A stretch of DNA of 63,363 nucleotides, filler included, from Craspedostauros australis (GCA_030167865.1; 9 parts of 9 records of this genome joined end to end with filler, not necessarily neighbours in it), one strand, 5' to 3'. Shown: positions 42,605 through 55,746, counted from the first letter of the whole stretch. The notes: generated from the letters alone by a model not told the origin. Translations and numbers: made by a program.

Positions 42605-45600
42605 GCGAACTCTCTGGTGAACGGCCATCTTTCAACAATCGCAACAGCGGGAAACCAGCAGGTCATCACGTTGATGAGGTTTCCGTGCTCGCTCTTCCTG
42701 CTCCCTCCGCCATCCAGCCACATAATCTTATGGGATATGCTGTGGTCAGGGCCTGCCGCGTTCACGCCGCTCGTACTGATGGCCCCAGCATTCGGGCCTG
42801 GAATCCTTATGGCGGTGTGGGTCAATGCGACATTGGTGCCAATGTGAGCGCGACTCCGTACAAGGAGGTCCTGAGGGATTACCAGCCTTTCTCCTCACCT
42901 CTCATGCTGGCGGCAGCTGATGCTCTCGCTGAGTCCATGGTATGCCCGGGTGAAGGCTTCCTGGACGTTCCCACGTGCGAGGGGTCGGCTATCTCCGTCC
43001 GGACTGCACTCTGCCCCAACCTGGCTGAGACGCTCATCTCGCCGCAGTCCATCGTGCGACAGAGTGACAACGCCTTCCAGCGCTTCACATTTACAACCAC
43101 CCTACAAGGCGCCACACTCACGTTCCATGGTGCAAGCGGTGAGTGCTCTGCCTCTATGACCCAGTCCAATGGATTGTACTTCTTCAACGGCGACTCCACG
43201 CGGTCACCCATGGCGTTCGCCATTCAGACTTCGTCACTGGCCTTACAGGCGGAGCTATGGCACTTGCGCCTGGGACACCCTGGCATGTCGCAGTTGGAGA
43301 AGTTGCCTGCGCATGTCACTGGCGTCCCTGGCAAGCTACGGTCCAACGCACACCCGTTGCGACACTGCACGACGTGCAGCCAGGCTCACCGCCAGAAGGC
43401 CGCTCGCGGACCCAACGTGGACGCTGTCGAACCGCATCCAGGCGCTCGGTTCCATGCAGACTTCGGTTTCATGCGTGCCACCAACAAGGCATACGGTGCT
43501 GCAAAGCCGCGCGGTCGCGATGCCAATCGCCGTGTTGTCCTGTCCCTTGAAGGATTCACGTCGTACCTCCTCATCACGGATGCGTACACGCGATACACGT
43601 GGGTGTTTCCGACGAAGGACAGGTCGCCTCCGGTTGAGATATTCTCCAAACTTCTGGGTGATTTTGGCCGACGTTCGGGTCATCGCGCGGTGCGTGTCGA
43701 TACAGGCGGGGAGCTTGCTCGATCTGGAGCTTTCCAAGTGGCCGTCCGCGATGCTGGGTACAATCTCGAGCCCACTGGCGCTGGTTGCTCCTGGATGAAT
43801 GGGAAAGTGGAGCGTCTGAACCGCACTTTCGGCGTCATGACGAGGGCACTGCTGTATTCCGCGGGTCTCAAGCCGCAGTTCTGGGCCCTTGCGCTCGTGC
43901 ATTCGGTATACCTGAAGAACCGGTTGTGGCATGCCTCCATCTCCAAGACTCCCTACGAGCTCCAACATGGGGTCAAGCCAGATCTCGGGCACCTACGTGT
44001 TTTTGGGTCTCGTGTCACTGTCCGGAAGCCAGGGCATCCGCCTGCCAAGCTTGACGTTCACACGTACAATGGCATCTTCGTGGGACACACGGCGACACCG
44101 ACTCTCCACCAATACTACGACCTTGATTCTGGCCGCATCAAAACAGCCGGCAACATCGTCTTCGACGAGGTCCACTTCACATCCAGCAATCGGCCTCCAG
44201 GACCGCAACTTCTGTTCGAGCTGGGATTCCGTGACCCCCGAGGTGATGCAGCATTGGTCCCTACGAAGGACGGCGCGCTCAAGGGTGACAATGCGGATGC
44301 AGGGCGTACACCCGTTGAGACATGCGTTGCGTGTGGTGATTCGGAATTGCACGCAGCCGCTGCCGCATGCTCATCCACACCTCGTCGTTTCGCACGGTCG
44401 CTGGAAATGACAAGTGAACCTTTCGGTTTTCCGTTCGCGCAGGACATTGAGGTGAATGGGTCTGATCCATGCGCTGGGTTGGTGCTGGTGACCGACGATG
44501 CTTGCGGGCGACTGCAGCTGCAGACTTGCAAGCCTGGCACTCCAGCGGCTCGCATTCCCAGGTGGCGGTCGCGGCTACGGTCTGCACATCTGCTTACCCT
44601 CGATGGCGACGACGTGTTGCGTGGTGATGATGTCGTCCGCATCGTTTCGAACGCAAGACAGCGCCAGACGAGTCCAATCATCGCTATCTTCGCTTTCGAT
44701 GAGGCACGCAATGCACTCTCCCAACAAGGTGTTCCACAACTCTACTTCGACCAGCTACGACATGTTAAGGACGTCATCCGGCAGATATCGCCACGCGCTC
44801 GCGCCGTTGCTGCTGCACCCAAACTCACGCGGCGCAAGTTGCTGTTGGGCGATGACTGGGATGAGTGGCAAGCTGCAGAATTCAAGCAGATGGAGCAATA
44901 CCACCATCAAGGGATGTTCGGCGATCCAGTGGAGCCTCCATCTGGCGCGGCTGTGTTCAACTGGGTCTGGGTATATGTCGTGAAAGCCCACGAGAACAAT
45001 CGCAAGAAGGCCCGCGCGGTGTGTGACGGTTCCACCCGAGGCGGCAACGTCCGTGTATTTGGTCACACGTATGCTGCCACTCCCGACCTCACCGAGTTCC
45101 GCATTCTTGTGGCCATCGCGGCTGTCCAGCGCCTGCTCATCTTTGGGGCTGATGTTGCCAATGCATTTGCTGAAGCTCCAGCAAGCGCCCAACGATATTA
45201 CATGAAGGTGGACGATCAGTTCCGTTCGTGGTGGGAGCACAAACATGATGCTACAATTCCGCGTGGCCATGTTGTGCCTGTCCTCAAGAACCTACAGGGT
45301 CACCCTGAGGCGCCTCGGCAGTGGAGTATTCATGTCAATGGAATCATGCGCCGCATGGGCCTGACATCCACCACCCACGCTCCATGTCTCTACACTGGGG
45401 TCGTTCAGAGCGAGCGCGTCTACATCTTGCGACAAGTCGACGATTTCGCCGTGGCAACCGCTCGACAGAGCACCTACATCGCGTTCTGCGATTTACTCGA
45501 CAAGCAGCTCAACCAACCGATCACTCGACATGGGCTCTTCTCACACTACAATGGACTTGATCTCACGCAAGGAAGGTCGCATGTGACGGTACACTGTACT

Positions 45601-46509
45601 ACGTATCTGAACAAAGTGCTGCAAAAGCATGGTTGGAAAGACCTGCGGTCGTCACAACGACTTCCCATGCGTGCTGACAATGGGTACATCAAGCAACTGG
45701 ACAATGCTGAGGTCCCGGCTACTGACGGTGAGCGACGACAGCTACAGTCGGCATTTTTCAATTATCGACAGGCCATCGGCGAGCTGATTTGGGCCATGGT
45801 GTCTTGCCGTCCCGACATTTCGTTCCCGGTGGTGAAGCTCAGCCAGTTCTCTATCAATCCGGCCAAGCTCCATTATGAGGCAGTCAAGTACCTCTTCCGC
45901 TACATCGCTGCCACGCGGGAGCTTGGGATCACCTACTGGCGACCGTCACCACTGCCTGATCTTCCTGATATCCTGGTGCCCGTCCCTCTTTCACCACCGG
46001 AGGACGTTTCGCATAACGTGGATGGTCATACAACGGTCCGGTTCTCCACGGTCTATGGCTACGTGGATGCTGACTGGGGATCCGATATTCGACATCGGCG
46101 CTCTGTCACTGGCATCGTGTTCATGTTCGGCGGCGCTGCCGTCGCATGGAAGACCAGAGTCCAGCCAACTGTGTCCCTCAGCAGCTCCGAAGCCGAATTC
46201 GTTGCTGCCAGCGATGCTGGCCGCATGGCTCTGTGGCTTCGCTCCATCCTCGATGAGATCGGGGTGCCTCAGCAGCACGCAACTCTCATCTTCGAGGACA
46301 ACCGAGGAGCACGCATGATGGCCAATGCAAGTCAGCCTACACGGAATTCGAGACATATTGATATCCGGACCTTCGCAGTCAGTGACTGGGTGGATCGGGA
46401 TCTTATTCTTATCGAGGACGTCGCGTCCGATCTCAACGCTGCAGATGCGTGTACCAAGCAAACGCCTTCGGTTCTCTTCTTCCGCCATACTGACTTGATC
46501 ATGGGTCGC
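42574..46509 (+). CDS. pol: Copia Pol (PR, integrase, PDZ-like, RT, RNase H), in the -1 frame relative to gag
   Basis: CDIGAN, ELWHLRLGH..CTTC, HADFG/DAYTRY/DTGGE/NGKVERLNRT, KARAVCDG, ADVANAF, RQVDDF, YVDADWG, SSSEAEF, EDNRGA, RHIDIR. Confidence 0.93.
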
Positions 46510-46609
46510 NNNNNNNNNNNNNNNNNNNNNNNNNNNNNNNNNNNNNNNNNNNNTTAATTAATTAANNNNNNNNNNNNNNNNNNNNNNNNNNNNNNNNNNN
46601 NNNNNNNNN

Positions 46610-46860
46610 GGGACACCCGGCAAATACATCAAACAAGCATACATTCGACTAGTGCGACCTCATCGCGCTTCTTCTTCAGTCTCAGCGTCTCGTGATCATT
46701 TTGAAGTTCCACCACTGCAGAAGTGCGTTGGGAATGATAGGTTAAGTAGTGGGTAACATCGAAATGCCAATGATATTTAATCAAACACATTCAAGGCACA
46801 TTGATATTTGTTGTTGAAGCTATCGAGTCCCGCCCAACACCTCTCCGGAAAGAAAAATGA
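46610..46860. repeat. Second copy of the dispersed repeat at 40088-40340
   Basis: Colinear similarity by eye. Confidence 0.75.
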
Positions 46861-47653
46861 AAAGGACAATAAAAAATGGTTTTCATATTCTCATTAATGA
46901 AAAGCCAGTCCCGAAAATGTAAAATAAAATGGTAAATGAAAACGCGTTTCTCATTAATGAGTTTCGCTCCAAAAAATGAAGAGTTATTGGGCCCAGCGCA
47001 GTTCTATTGGAGCAGCCTCAATCACTCGTGAATAAGACCCCGGTCAGTGAAAATGATACACCTTTCTCGGGAACGTCGTTTCTATGCTAAAACTAACTGC
47101 ACAGACCTATTCTCCTACATCGGATACATCATGTGGCAAGAACTAGAATTGTTCCGTCCAATCATTTTATAGTTATGGAGGGCTAAAACTCATGGGAAAG
47201 CTACCTATTAGGTGAATAACGCACAGACGCTGCGGTGCTCGTTGACGCTTCAATTGAGTCGCAGTGGTCATTCGTCCCAAAACGTTCTTTTTTCTTCCGT
47301 CGTTTGGGACTTGTTCGCGATTCTTGAATTTCCAAAGCGTGACTCTACCTTGTGCTCGCACAGAATCGTTGGTGTGGACACAAAACTCTTGTTGTGTGGA
47401 GAGTGATGTGATGTATTGTGATGTAATGTGATGCGGGGCGATGTGCCATGGGCCGTCAACCAGGATGGTAAGCACGGTCCTTGTTCCTCTTCCTCCTGTC
47501 TGGTATGTCAGAGTGGTAGCAAGGGGGATGCACGGGCTGCAATGCACGAGACGCATACGATGCAAGTTGCGCAGCGCTGAATTGGACGATGTGAATTGCT
47601 GGTGCCAAGATGGAAATGGATAGCGCCCTTGCCACAGTCCTGTAGGCAGTGGC

Positions 47654-47940
47654 AACCCCAACCCACACATCTCTGACCCTAACCCAGGTCTTGGCCCTCT
47701 GGACCCCCAACCCTAACCCCAGTCCAAACCCTAACATTGAGTAACTTCCTGGCTCTGTGTGAGTATTGTCAGCCGCACGCAGTTGCCTCCCTCGTCTCTC
47801 CCAAGTTGCCGAAACCCCAGCCGGAACCCCAACCCCAACCCTAACTCTAGCCCTGAGCAACTGCTTCCCTCCTCCCAAACCCTAACCCTAACCATAACCC
47901 AAGCCAGAACCCCAGCCCTAACTCTAACCCTGAGCAACCT
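47654..47940. repeat. Degenerate telomere-like (CCCTAA)n patches
   Basis: aaccctaaccctaaccataaccc, aaccccaaccctaactctagccct and similar. Confidence 0.75.
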
Positions 47941-50396
47941 CATGACTCTGTCTGAACAACGTCATCCGCACACAGTTANNNNNNNNNNNNNNNNNNNNNN
48001 NNNNNNNNNNNNNNNNNNNNNNTTAATTAATTAANNNNNNNNNNNNNNNNNNNNNNNNNNNNNNNNNNNNNNNNNNNNGCCACCACCCACGTCATACCAT
48101 CCGAATGCGTTGAAGTACGACTAACGCAGAACCTCCTCGTGTCTGGCCATCGGCATCGGCATCACTGATCGCAGGTATCACACGTGTATGCGTATCGCAG
48201 CAGCACACACTGTCACACACGGCAAGCCCGCCGTGACACCAGCCAGTTGCGTGCGGGCTTGTGCACAAGTCGCGTCATCACGTTGTGCACTGCAGTGATA
48301 CGTGAACAATCATGTCATCGCAACCATACCAGTACAATACAAGCCAAGATGAGCAGTACTATTCGAATGACAATCATCTTGCTATTGCAACAGACAAGTG
48401 CAGAAGTGTCTGTACAATACACCACATCAATGGCAACTGGTTTGTGACCTGAATAGAGTGCGAGCAGAGCAGGGTGGAGTAGAGTATTGGAGGAGGAGAG
48501 GAGTAGCTATCAGTGCGACAATGCACGAATGTGCCAACAACAACAGTTCACTTCCATTTTGTGACGACAGCGGCAGCATGTTTGTGTGGTTCTGCTCGCA
48601 TGGCACATTGTGTGTTGTGTTCTTTGGCGCACACTGAGATGGACAAACTCGCACCACGCAGAACACATGCCCTCCTCGAAATCGAAGAACACTTTTCGCG
48701 ACCAAAGGGTTTGCGTGAGAGGAGNATTAGTTGNAGTTCGCCGGACATTGTTGTCACCGCAAAATGGACTGCAACCTGGCATGGCAAATGACACAGAAAC
48801 GAGACAGCAAGCGCGCGCTTGTGAGTTCACAGAAGGATGACCAGGAACCACGAGCAGTCGATTCCTCTATTTGTGTTGGCGATTTGCATGCATGGAACAG
48901 AGACACCGAATGCATGACTGTGGGTGTCGCGCCCGTCGGATGACAACGAAAGCAGGTCCAACGCCGAGAAACACTCGGTGCTGTGTGAAGGACATGAACG
49001 ACGCAGAAACCAACGCAGAACCAAACGACCACACCAGTCACCACCAAAACCAAGGAGCACAAACGCCAACAACAACTCCCATTGGAGTACTATCGATACC
49101 ACTTGCGTTGTTTTGCATTGTCCTGACAGCATTGGTCGTATCAGTCTGATGCGGGGAAATGCTCGTGAACAAGTGCATAAAAACAGCCTTTTGTTTTGAG
49201 CGACGAATATTTCCCCTGCTCCCTGCTGATTGGACAAGAAGGTTGCAAAATATAATGGTATGAACACCATCCGCATGCCGGAATGGGGACAGCGCATGTC
49301 GTGTCAGCGCAAAGCCAGCTATCGTGCGTCTACGGTCTCAAGTTTGATAATCAACGCACCAGTTGATGTGTCGAGTTGGGGCTTCAGCACACGTCGCTGC
49401 ATTGTGTTTGCAGCAATGTCGCATGAGAATAGAAACTAAATTCAGGCAGCTGCAAACGGCAAAGCGGGAGCAACTGTTCATGTCTACACCTGCGAGGACA
49501 TCTCTGTTGTCATGGCCATTGCCATTGTGACCGCATGGTTGCTCCAGCCTCCTCGTATCTCACACATCCGACCGTTCCCTTTCTGTGAACAGCTCAACAT
49601 ACTTGCTCTACTCGTACCTATTGTACTGCGTGTCTAGAGTTCACTCGTTCTTTGCTTGTTGGCGACAAAGAAGTCAGCAAAAAACAATAGCAAGCAAGCA
49701 AGCAAGCAAATGGAATGTAGCCCCTGACGTTCTGTGTGATATACCACACATTGTATTCTATTCCATAATAGAATAATATTATAGAATATGCTATATGGAA
49801 TCATCCACTACGCACGAGTAGTCCACCATGAACAAACACGTCAAGCGTTCGTAGAGTGTTGCATAGTACAATATGTATAATAGAAGACTACCACAGCATG
49901 GGAGCACGAGAGTAAAATAGGAACAAGAATACCCGTCGAGTGGACCCTCTCTGGAGAGTCCAGTGGAGTACGACTACGAGGTAGGAACAGCCAAACAGAT
50001 ACGCAGATTCGCGCTGCGCGGATACACCTCCACGTGCGCACAAAGACTACGTAGGCAAGTCAGGGACGAAGATGCACAGTTGCGAGGATTTTGTCGAGGT
50101 GACTGACCACCTTGTCTGTTCATGTTCGTTCGATCTGTCCCACAAGTATCAGTACCAGCCGTTCGTGCAATGTGCTGTTTTGGCATTTATTTTCCTCTGA
50201 CACGGCCCACATTTTGTCATCCGCGCTGCAATGAAGGGGAGAACCACAGTCGAGAAGTAACAGCCACCAGAGAAATTGCTGAGGTCACCACGGCCATCAA
50301 ATCATCAACTCCGCTCCAACAGCATCAACGGCAGCATCAGCATCGGCATCTGCAGCAACAATAGCATCCGCAGCAATCGTCCACAACTGAAGCGAG

Positions 50397-52589
50397 ATGA
50401 ATCAGGTAAACAGCGATGCGATCGGACAGCAGCAGAGAGAAGTCGATGATTCCATTCTCAGCCAGCCCGACCATCAAGAACCAGCAATCCCTCAACAAAA
50501 CGCCCGCTCGAGAATGGATGAAGACCAAGATCCCCTGTCAGCAGGAGGTTCACCGCCATCATCACCGCAAGCATCAGCAGCGTCATCCACAGTAGCATTG
50601 GATGCATCTGCATCGGCCTCAATGGATGGCATGTCACCTTCACGCAGACCGGCGAACAAAACCACGCGCACAACACCGAAGTCGATACGGACTACGTCAG
50701 GGAAAAATACAGCGAAGCAACCTGCCACTGGTAACAGTGGGGGAGGTGCAAAAGCAAAGGCAACAACGGCCACAAAATCAAGCACAAAGTCAAGCACACT
50801 GACGGGGGCAACAGGCAAGACAAGTGCAAAGCTCAAGATGAAACGAGCCAGGAGGCTGCCGTTGGGCAAGAGCCTGAGTGAAGCATCTCGTACTGGTCTT
50901 GGTGCAACAGCAAAAGCAACAGCAACTTCGGGTTCTGACAACGCCAAACGGGCACCGTCAAAATCAAAGGCATATCGAATGGCATCTTCGGATACTCAGT
51001 CGTCGGGGGATGACGAGACTGAACACACGGGGGATGGCAAGAAGCAGACGAACAAACGGCAAAGGCGCGAACTTTCCGAGGTGGAGCTGGAGATGAAGAG
51101 GTTGTCGAATCGGCTGAGCTCTCGCCGCAGCCAGGAAAGGAAGAGGCAGCAGTTGTCATACCTGCAGGAGAAGAAGGATGAGTTGCAAGAGGCCAACGAT
51201 GATCTGAAAGCAACGAACATCAAATTGAAGCAGGCCATCAGCGAAATGAGATCATCGATCGGCAAGCAAGGCCACCAACTCGCAGCTGCCACCAATGCTG
51301 CCGTAGCACTTGTCAATTCGCCGTCACGCGCCCGGCTCCGTTCTCAACAAAGCCCACAAACACTTGCCAACACACCGACGTCTGGTCGCATGTTGGACGC
51401 TCCGGACCACGAAAGCACGAGCACAGGCTCAGCGTTGGGGAAGCGCGAGTCAAGCGTCACAAGTCCGGTCGACGGACTGCAGGGGCAGCCAGCACCACAG
51501 TCGCAACCACAGCAACCACAGCAATCACACCGACACGCGCAGTTGCCACAGGCCAATGCTGCGCAGCAACCGCTGCAAGGTCTTTCAGCAGACGCATCGC
51601 AGCTGGGCTTGGTGCAAGAAGCGCTGCTGCTGCAGCAGCTATCGAATGCCAGGCGTAGCGCTAGCAGCAGCGTCAGCGTCAGCAGCGGGGGAGCTGCTGG
51701 TGGTGGCGGTGTTCTTGGTGGTGCCGTCCATGGCATCAGCTCCAATTCAATTGCGTCACTCCTTGCCTCACAGGCGCACGCTGCAGCACTGACCCCGCTA
51801 CAGATCCTCAGAGCGCAGCGACTCGAACTCTTGCAACGGCAGCAAGACGACCACAATCAGCAGCTCATTGGTCGCACGCTGGCCCAGGCTGACCTGCCGA
51901 TGGGAGCGCAGCAATCACAGGCGCGTCAGCAGTGGGCGCAGCATCAGCGCTCCTTGCTCCTATCACGCAACGAGGCTGCGATGATGGCAGATCCCACTTC
52001 AGCGCTGCAGGGTGCACTGGCAGATACGACCAGCTCCGCTGACAGCATAGCAAGACTGACCAGGGCTAGACTCGCGACACCCTACTACCAAGGGCTCCCA
52101 CAACTGCACCCTGCGCAGCACACAGCAGCGGCCATGTCGGCTGCTCTGCCTTCCACCCTGCCGCCCTGGGATGGCAACGCCACGATGACCTCCGCACTGC
52201 GCCTGCTCGCCATGCAGGATCAAGAGCGCCAACTCGCGCAGCAGGCCTTGGAAGCAACGAGCATTGCTCATCGGGCGCACCATCAGAGCATGCTGCAAGG
52301 CAGAGAGGATACGGCCGGGTTGCTAGGGCTGCTGGCACGAAGGCAGACGCAGATGCATGCTCGTGGCCTGCAACCTCCACAAGACCCATTCCGAATGAGC
52401 CAGGATATGCTCGTGCATTCCGCAATGCTCAATTCCAGGTTGCGGGCTGCAGGGTTGCCAGTGCATCAGGGTCAGGCTAGCGCTAGTGCCAGCGCCGGAG
52501 GCGACAGCGCAAGCACCAATGCCAACACGACGACGACGACGAACCAGTTTGACCCGCAGAACGATTCCGGAAGAGAGAACCAAACTTAG
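50397..52589 (+). CDS. bZIP transcription factor
   Basis: Basic region KRLSNRLSSRRSQERKR followed by heptad leucines LSYLQEKKDELQEANDDLKATNIKL. Q/A-rich C-terminus. Confidence 0.88.
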   Translation: MNQVNSDAIGQQQREVDDSILSQPDHQEPAIPQQNARSRMDEDQDPLSAGGSPPSSPQASAASSTVALDASASASMDGMSPSRRPANKTTRTTPKSIRTTSGKNTAKQPATGNSGGGAKAKATTATKSSTKSSTLTGATGKTSAKLKMKRARRLPLGKSLSEASRTGLGATAKATATSGSDNAKRAPSKSKAYRMASSDTQSSGDDETEHTGDGKKQTNKRQRRELSEVELEMKRLSNRLSSRRSQERKRQQLSYLQEKKDELQEANDDLKATNIKLKQAISEMRSSIGKQGHQLAAATNAAVALVNSPSRARLRSQQSPQTLANTPTSGRMLDAPDHESTSTGSALGKRESSVTSPVDGLQGQPAPQSQPQQPQQSHRHAQLPQANAAQQPLQGLSADASQLGLVQEALLLQQLSNARRSASSSVSVSSGGAAGGGGVLGGAVHGISSNSIASLLASQAHAAALTPLQILRAQRLELLQRQQDDHNQQLIGRTLAQADLPMGAQQSQARQQWAQHQRSLLLSRNEAAMMADPTSALQGALADTTSSADSIARLTRARLATPYYQGLPQLHPAQHTAAAMSAALPSTLPPWDGNATMTSALRLLAMQDQERQLAQQALEATSIAHRAHHQSMLQGREDTAGLLGLLARRQTQMHARGLQPPQDPFRMSQDMLVHSAMLNSRLRAAGLPVHQGQASASASAGGDSASTNANTTTTTNQFDPQNDSGRENQT

Positions 52590-53142
52590 AGTTTTGAAAG
52601 CCTATCGATTCAATTGAACACATCCAAGCGGCAGCTATGAACGCATCTGATGATGTGCTACGCGAGCTGCGAGTTGCAAGTTACCACCCCTGTTGCATCG
52701 CACCACACGTACGGGTAGATGCTTGCCGTCGTTTCTCTTTGATCTTGTGGTGCATTGCGATGAACAGGGCTTTTTAATCCAGAAACACGCCCAGTTAGAC
52801 CCACAAACTTGACAAATTTGGTCTGGGTTCGTGGCTCGTGCATACAAGCATTCCAAGTACGAGACATGAGCTTCACTCTCGAGGAGATCCGCACCTCGAC
52901 AGTAGTCGTACATGCACATGTACCATGGGATGGGTAAAGGTGTAACACAGGCAACAACCTTTGTATCAGCCCCACACGTGAAGGACGAAACGAACAGACG
53001 GGTGTGCGCCGCTGTACTCGTGAAAGACGGAGTCGATTTTTTCATGCTCAACTCCGCTCCACTCTGCTCTATTCATACCGGTTGAAAGCTGGAGAAGAAT
53101 TCGTGCGTGCGAACATTCTTCACACAAGAGAAGGAGGGTGGC

Positions 53143-53240
53143 ATGATGATAGTGATGATGGCGATGATGATGATGATGATGATGATGATGAATTCATCTG
53201 TAACAACTATTCTACAACAACAACAACAACAACCACGAAC
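53143..53240. repeat. (GAT)n and (ACA)n microsatellites
   Basis: Directly visible. Confidence 0.9.
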
Positions 53241-53858
53241 ACAAGAAGGACAAGAAAATCGAGCAGGCGTCGCGTGGACCGTCGCGCAATCGCGTTCCCA
53301 ACGCATTCAACACAGAATGCTGAAATTGTGAGGAATATGCCTGTACGTAGAAATGACTACTGGTGTCGAAAAGTCACAATGAACGCGAAGGATGCCAGCT
53401 CAGAACACAAACGTGCCATTTCAGAGAATGTGGAACAATTCTTCCGCTGTTGGCGAAGCCCACAGGTGGCGCGAGCAAAACGCGGGACTGGTCCTTCGGA
53501 GAAATACAAACGAGATACTCGAACGAGTCGGACGTCAGTCATGACATGTGTCGACTCAAACGACGCAATCTGCGAAACAAGACCAAAAGAGGAACCAACA
53601 AGAACACCACGAAACAACGAAAAAGCACAAATCACACCACAGCAATCACAGGTCGCAAGGCAAGACAACACAACGCAACGAACTCTGCCACACACACACG
53701 TCAACAACATCCAGGCCCTCCGTCACTTTGCCTTGCTTCACATTCTCGCACAACAAGTGTACATCTGTCCTTGGACTCGACTTGTGATTCATCTATTCCT
53801 CCGTTCATCCATTTCGATTTGATCTCTCCGCGTCGAGGATCCACAATCAGCTAAAGAA

Positions 53859-54702
53859 ATGACGGACTTCGAGGTACGCCGTCTCAATCGATTCCCATGT
53901 TGATCGATGAATCATTCCTCCTGGATTCCAATGATGCAAGAAGAAGCAACGGCCACAAAAGCAGCTGATGGTTGCATCTCATCGGTTGCGTGCTTTCGTT
54001 TGCCGTTCACTCACGCATCCCTCGCCATCGATTATACATTCGAATACACAATCAACTGCGCTCTCATACATTCTATTATATGAATGTCAATGCAATTGCA
54101 CGGATGCACCAAATCTCACCACCTTCGTGTAATATTATTCTCGCCCCGCAATGATGATGTCTGTTGGGCCACAATGCTGCAACGCACGACAGTTCCCTGA
54201 ATTCTACTCCTTCCCTCCATTCTTCACGGTCCAGCCGGTGCTGAGCACGAGGGAGAAGCAGATGGCGCTGTGGCGAGAGCTGATACTGAAGTACTACACG
54301 CAGCGCAAATTGAAGACGTTGGTCGTGCACGAATGCCCGCTGTGGAAGAACAAGGACATTGATCGGCAGCTGTCGGCGGAAGGCATAGAGGACGTGATGG
54401 CGGATCTTGTGAAGATGGGACACGGAGAATGGCTGGATGAGCAGAAGACGCGATGTCGCATCCTGTGGCGCAAGCCGGAGCAGCTTGCGAGCGATATTTA
54501 CGAATGGGCCATCGCGAACGGCAACATCGGCAGCGTGTGCACAGTGTACGAGCTGCACAGCGGTGAGGACGTGAACGGCATGTCCTTTCAGGGTGTCGAC
54601 GAGGATCTGCTGCGGCGCGCATTGTCCATCCTGGAAGACGAAGGACGTTGCGCCCTCTTCAAGGGCGACACATCCGACGAAGATGGCATTAAGTTTTTGT
54701 AG
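53859..54702 (+). CDS. VPS25: ESCRT-II subunit VPS25; exons 53859-53873 and 54193-54702
   Basis: MTDFE|FPEFYSFPPFFTVQP..KQMALWRELIL..IDRQLS..VCTVYELHSG..GIKF. Phase-0 GT..AG intron 53874-54192. Confidence 0.93.
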
Positions 54703-55746
54703 AGAATGGTACTCTTATATACATACAGACGAGTTGTGTGTATGGTTTCGTTTGGTTTGGTACGATGTATAATAGGTACAATACGTGGTATGGCGCAATA
54801 GATGCAAAGGAGCTTGGGGGAGAAGTGCGGAGTCGAAGCAAGTAACAATCAACCTCGAACTTCGTGATGATGAAGTCGTGGCTGTTGACTGAAGAAAGCA
54901 ATCGAGTTGTTCGAATCTTGCGAAAATCGAACACCAAAGAACTTTTCGGATGAGAACCGCAAGACGGACGTGTCCGAAGTTGAGCAGATGGCATGAGGAG
55001 AAAAGAAGAACACTTTGCACAGAACGCAGAACTTCCATCGCGTTGGCAACAGAGATGACAGGTGGTGGTGCACACGCAACGTCGACATCGACAAGGGGTG
55101 TCGCAAAGCGAAGATGTTCGCCTTCTGCACATGACAGAAGAAAGCAGGCAAGTGAGCAGACAGGGACTCCGCTCTCCGTCCCATCAGATGCCTCTTGTGT
55201 CGGTTTCTTCTTGATGTGCTCAAAACACTGCATCTGACTGATGGAGGCGATCGAAGGAGGTGAGGACTACCCATGGACCATGGAGGTGATATGAACGGCG
55301 GCCGAATGAGGAGACATGGGATCATGGCGGTGGCATCTTTGTTGTCTTGGAATTTGCGGTGCTCCACACCTTTGTGACGGTGAAGATGGCTTCACGTGGG
55401 TCTGACTCGATCATCGTCGTCAGCAGCAGAATGACTCCTCACCAACGTGGGTCTGTTTGCACCAGCACATGTCCTTTGCTGTTGCTTTGGACTTCGCTTT
55501 CATGAGACGGCCCACTCACCAGCTTTGCTGGGATCCCCCTTGATTTGCTCGTTGTCATCGTCACCATCCTGCATCAAACCCGACATTCCGGACACAAGTT
55601 GGGCTGTTCCAAGAATTCCAAACGCTGGAACTGCTGTACTCACTCAAATATTATATGTGCGAGTGCACCACGCGACATCTCTGACCATTGTTCACATCAA
55701 CATTCAAGCACAACAACCAAAAGCAAGAGCAAGAACAACAACGCCA

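Larger units (their letters stand above)
40474..46509 (+). mobile_element. Ty1/copia LTR retrotransposon (CoDi-like), 3' end cut by the contig break
   Basis: 5' LTR ends ...CTGACA at 40741 (start TGTTG ~40474 is tentative), followed by PBS-like GGTTATGG. Domain order is gag, PR, IN, RT, RH. Confidence 0.93.

Noticed and set aside
46982..46997. GTTATTGGGCCCAGC resembling a tRNA-iMet primer-binding site
   Set aside because: Not preceded by an LTR-terminal CA, and no gag follows.
48079..50390. Short ORFs here and in 29400-31090, 32000-33670 and 52600-53850
   Set aside because: No recognisable motifs or coding bias; treated as intergenic.
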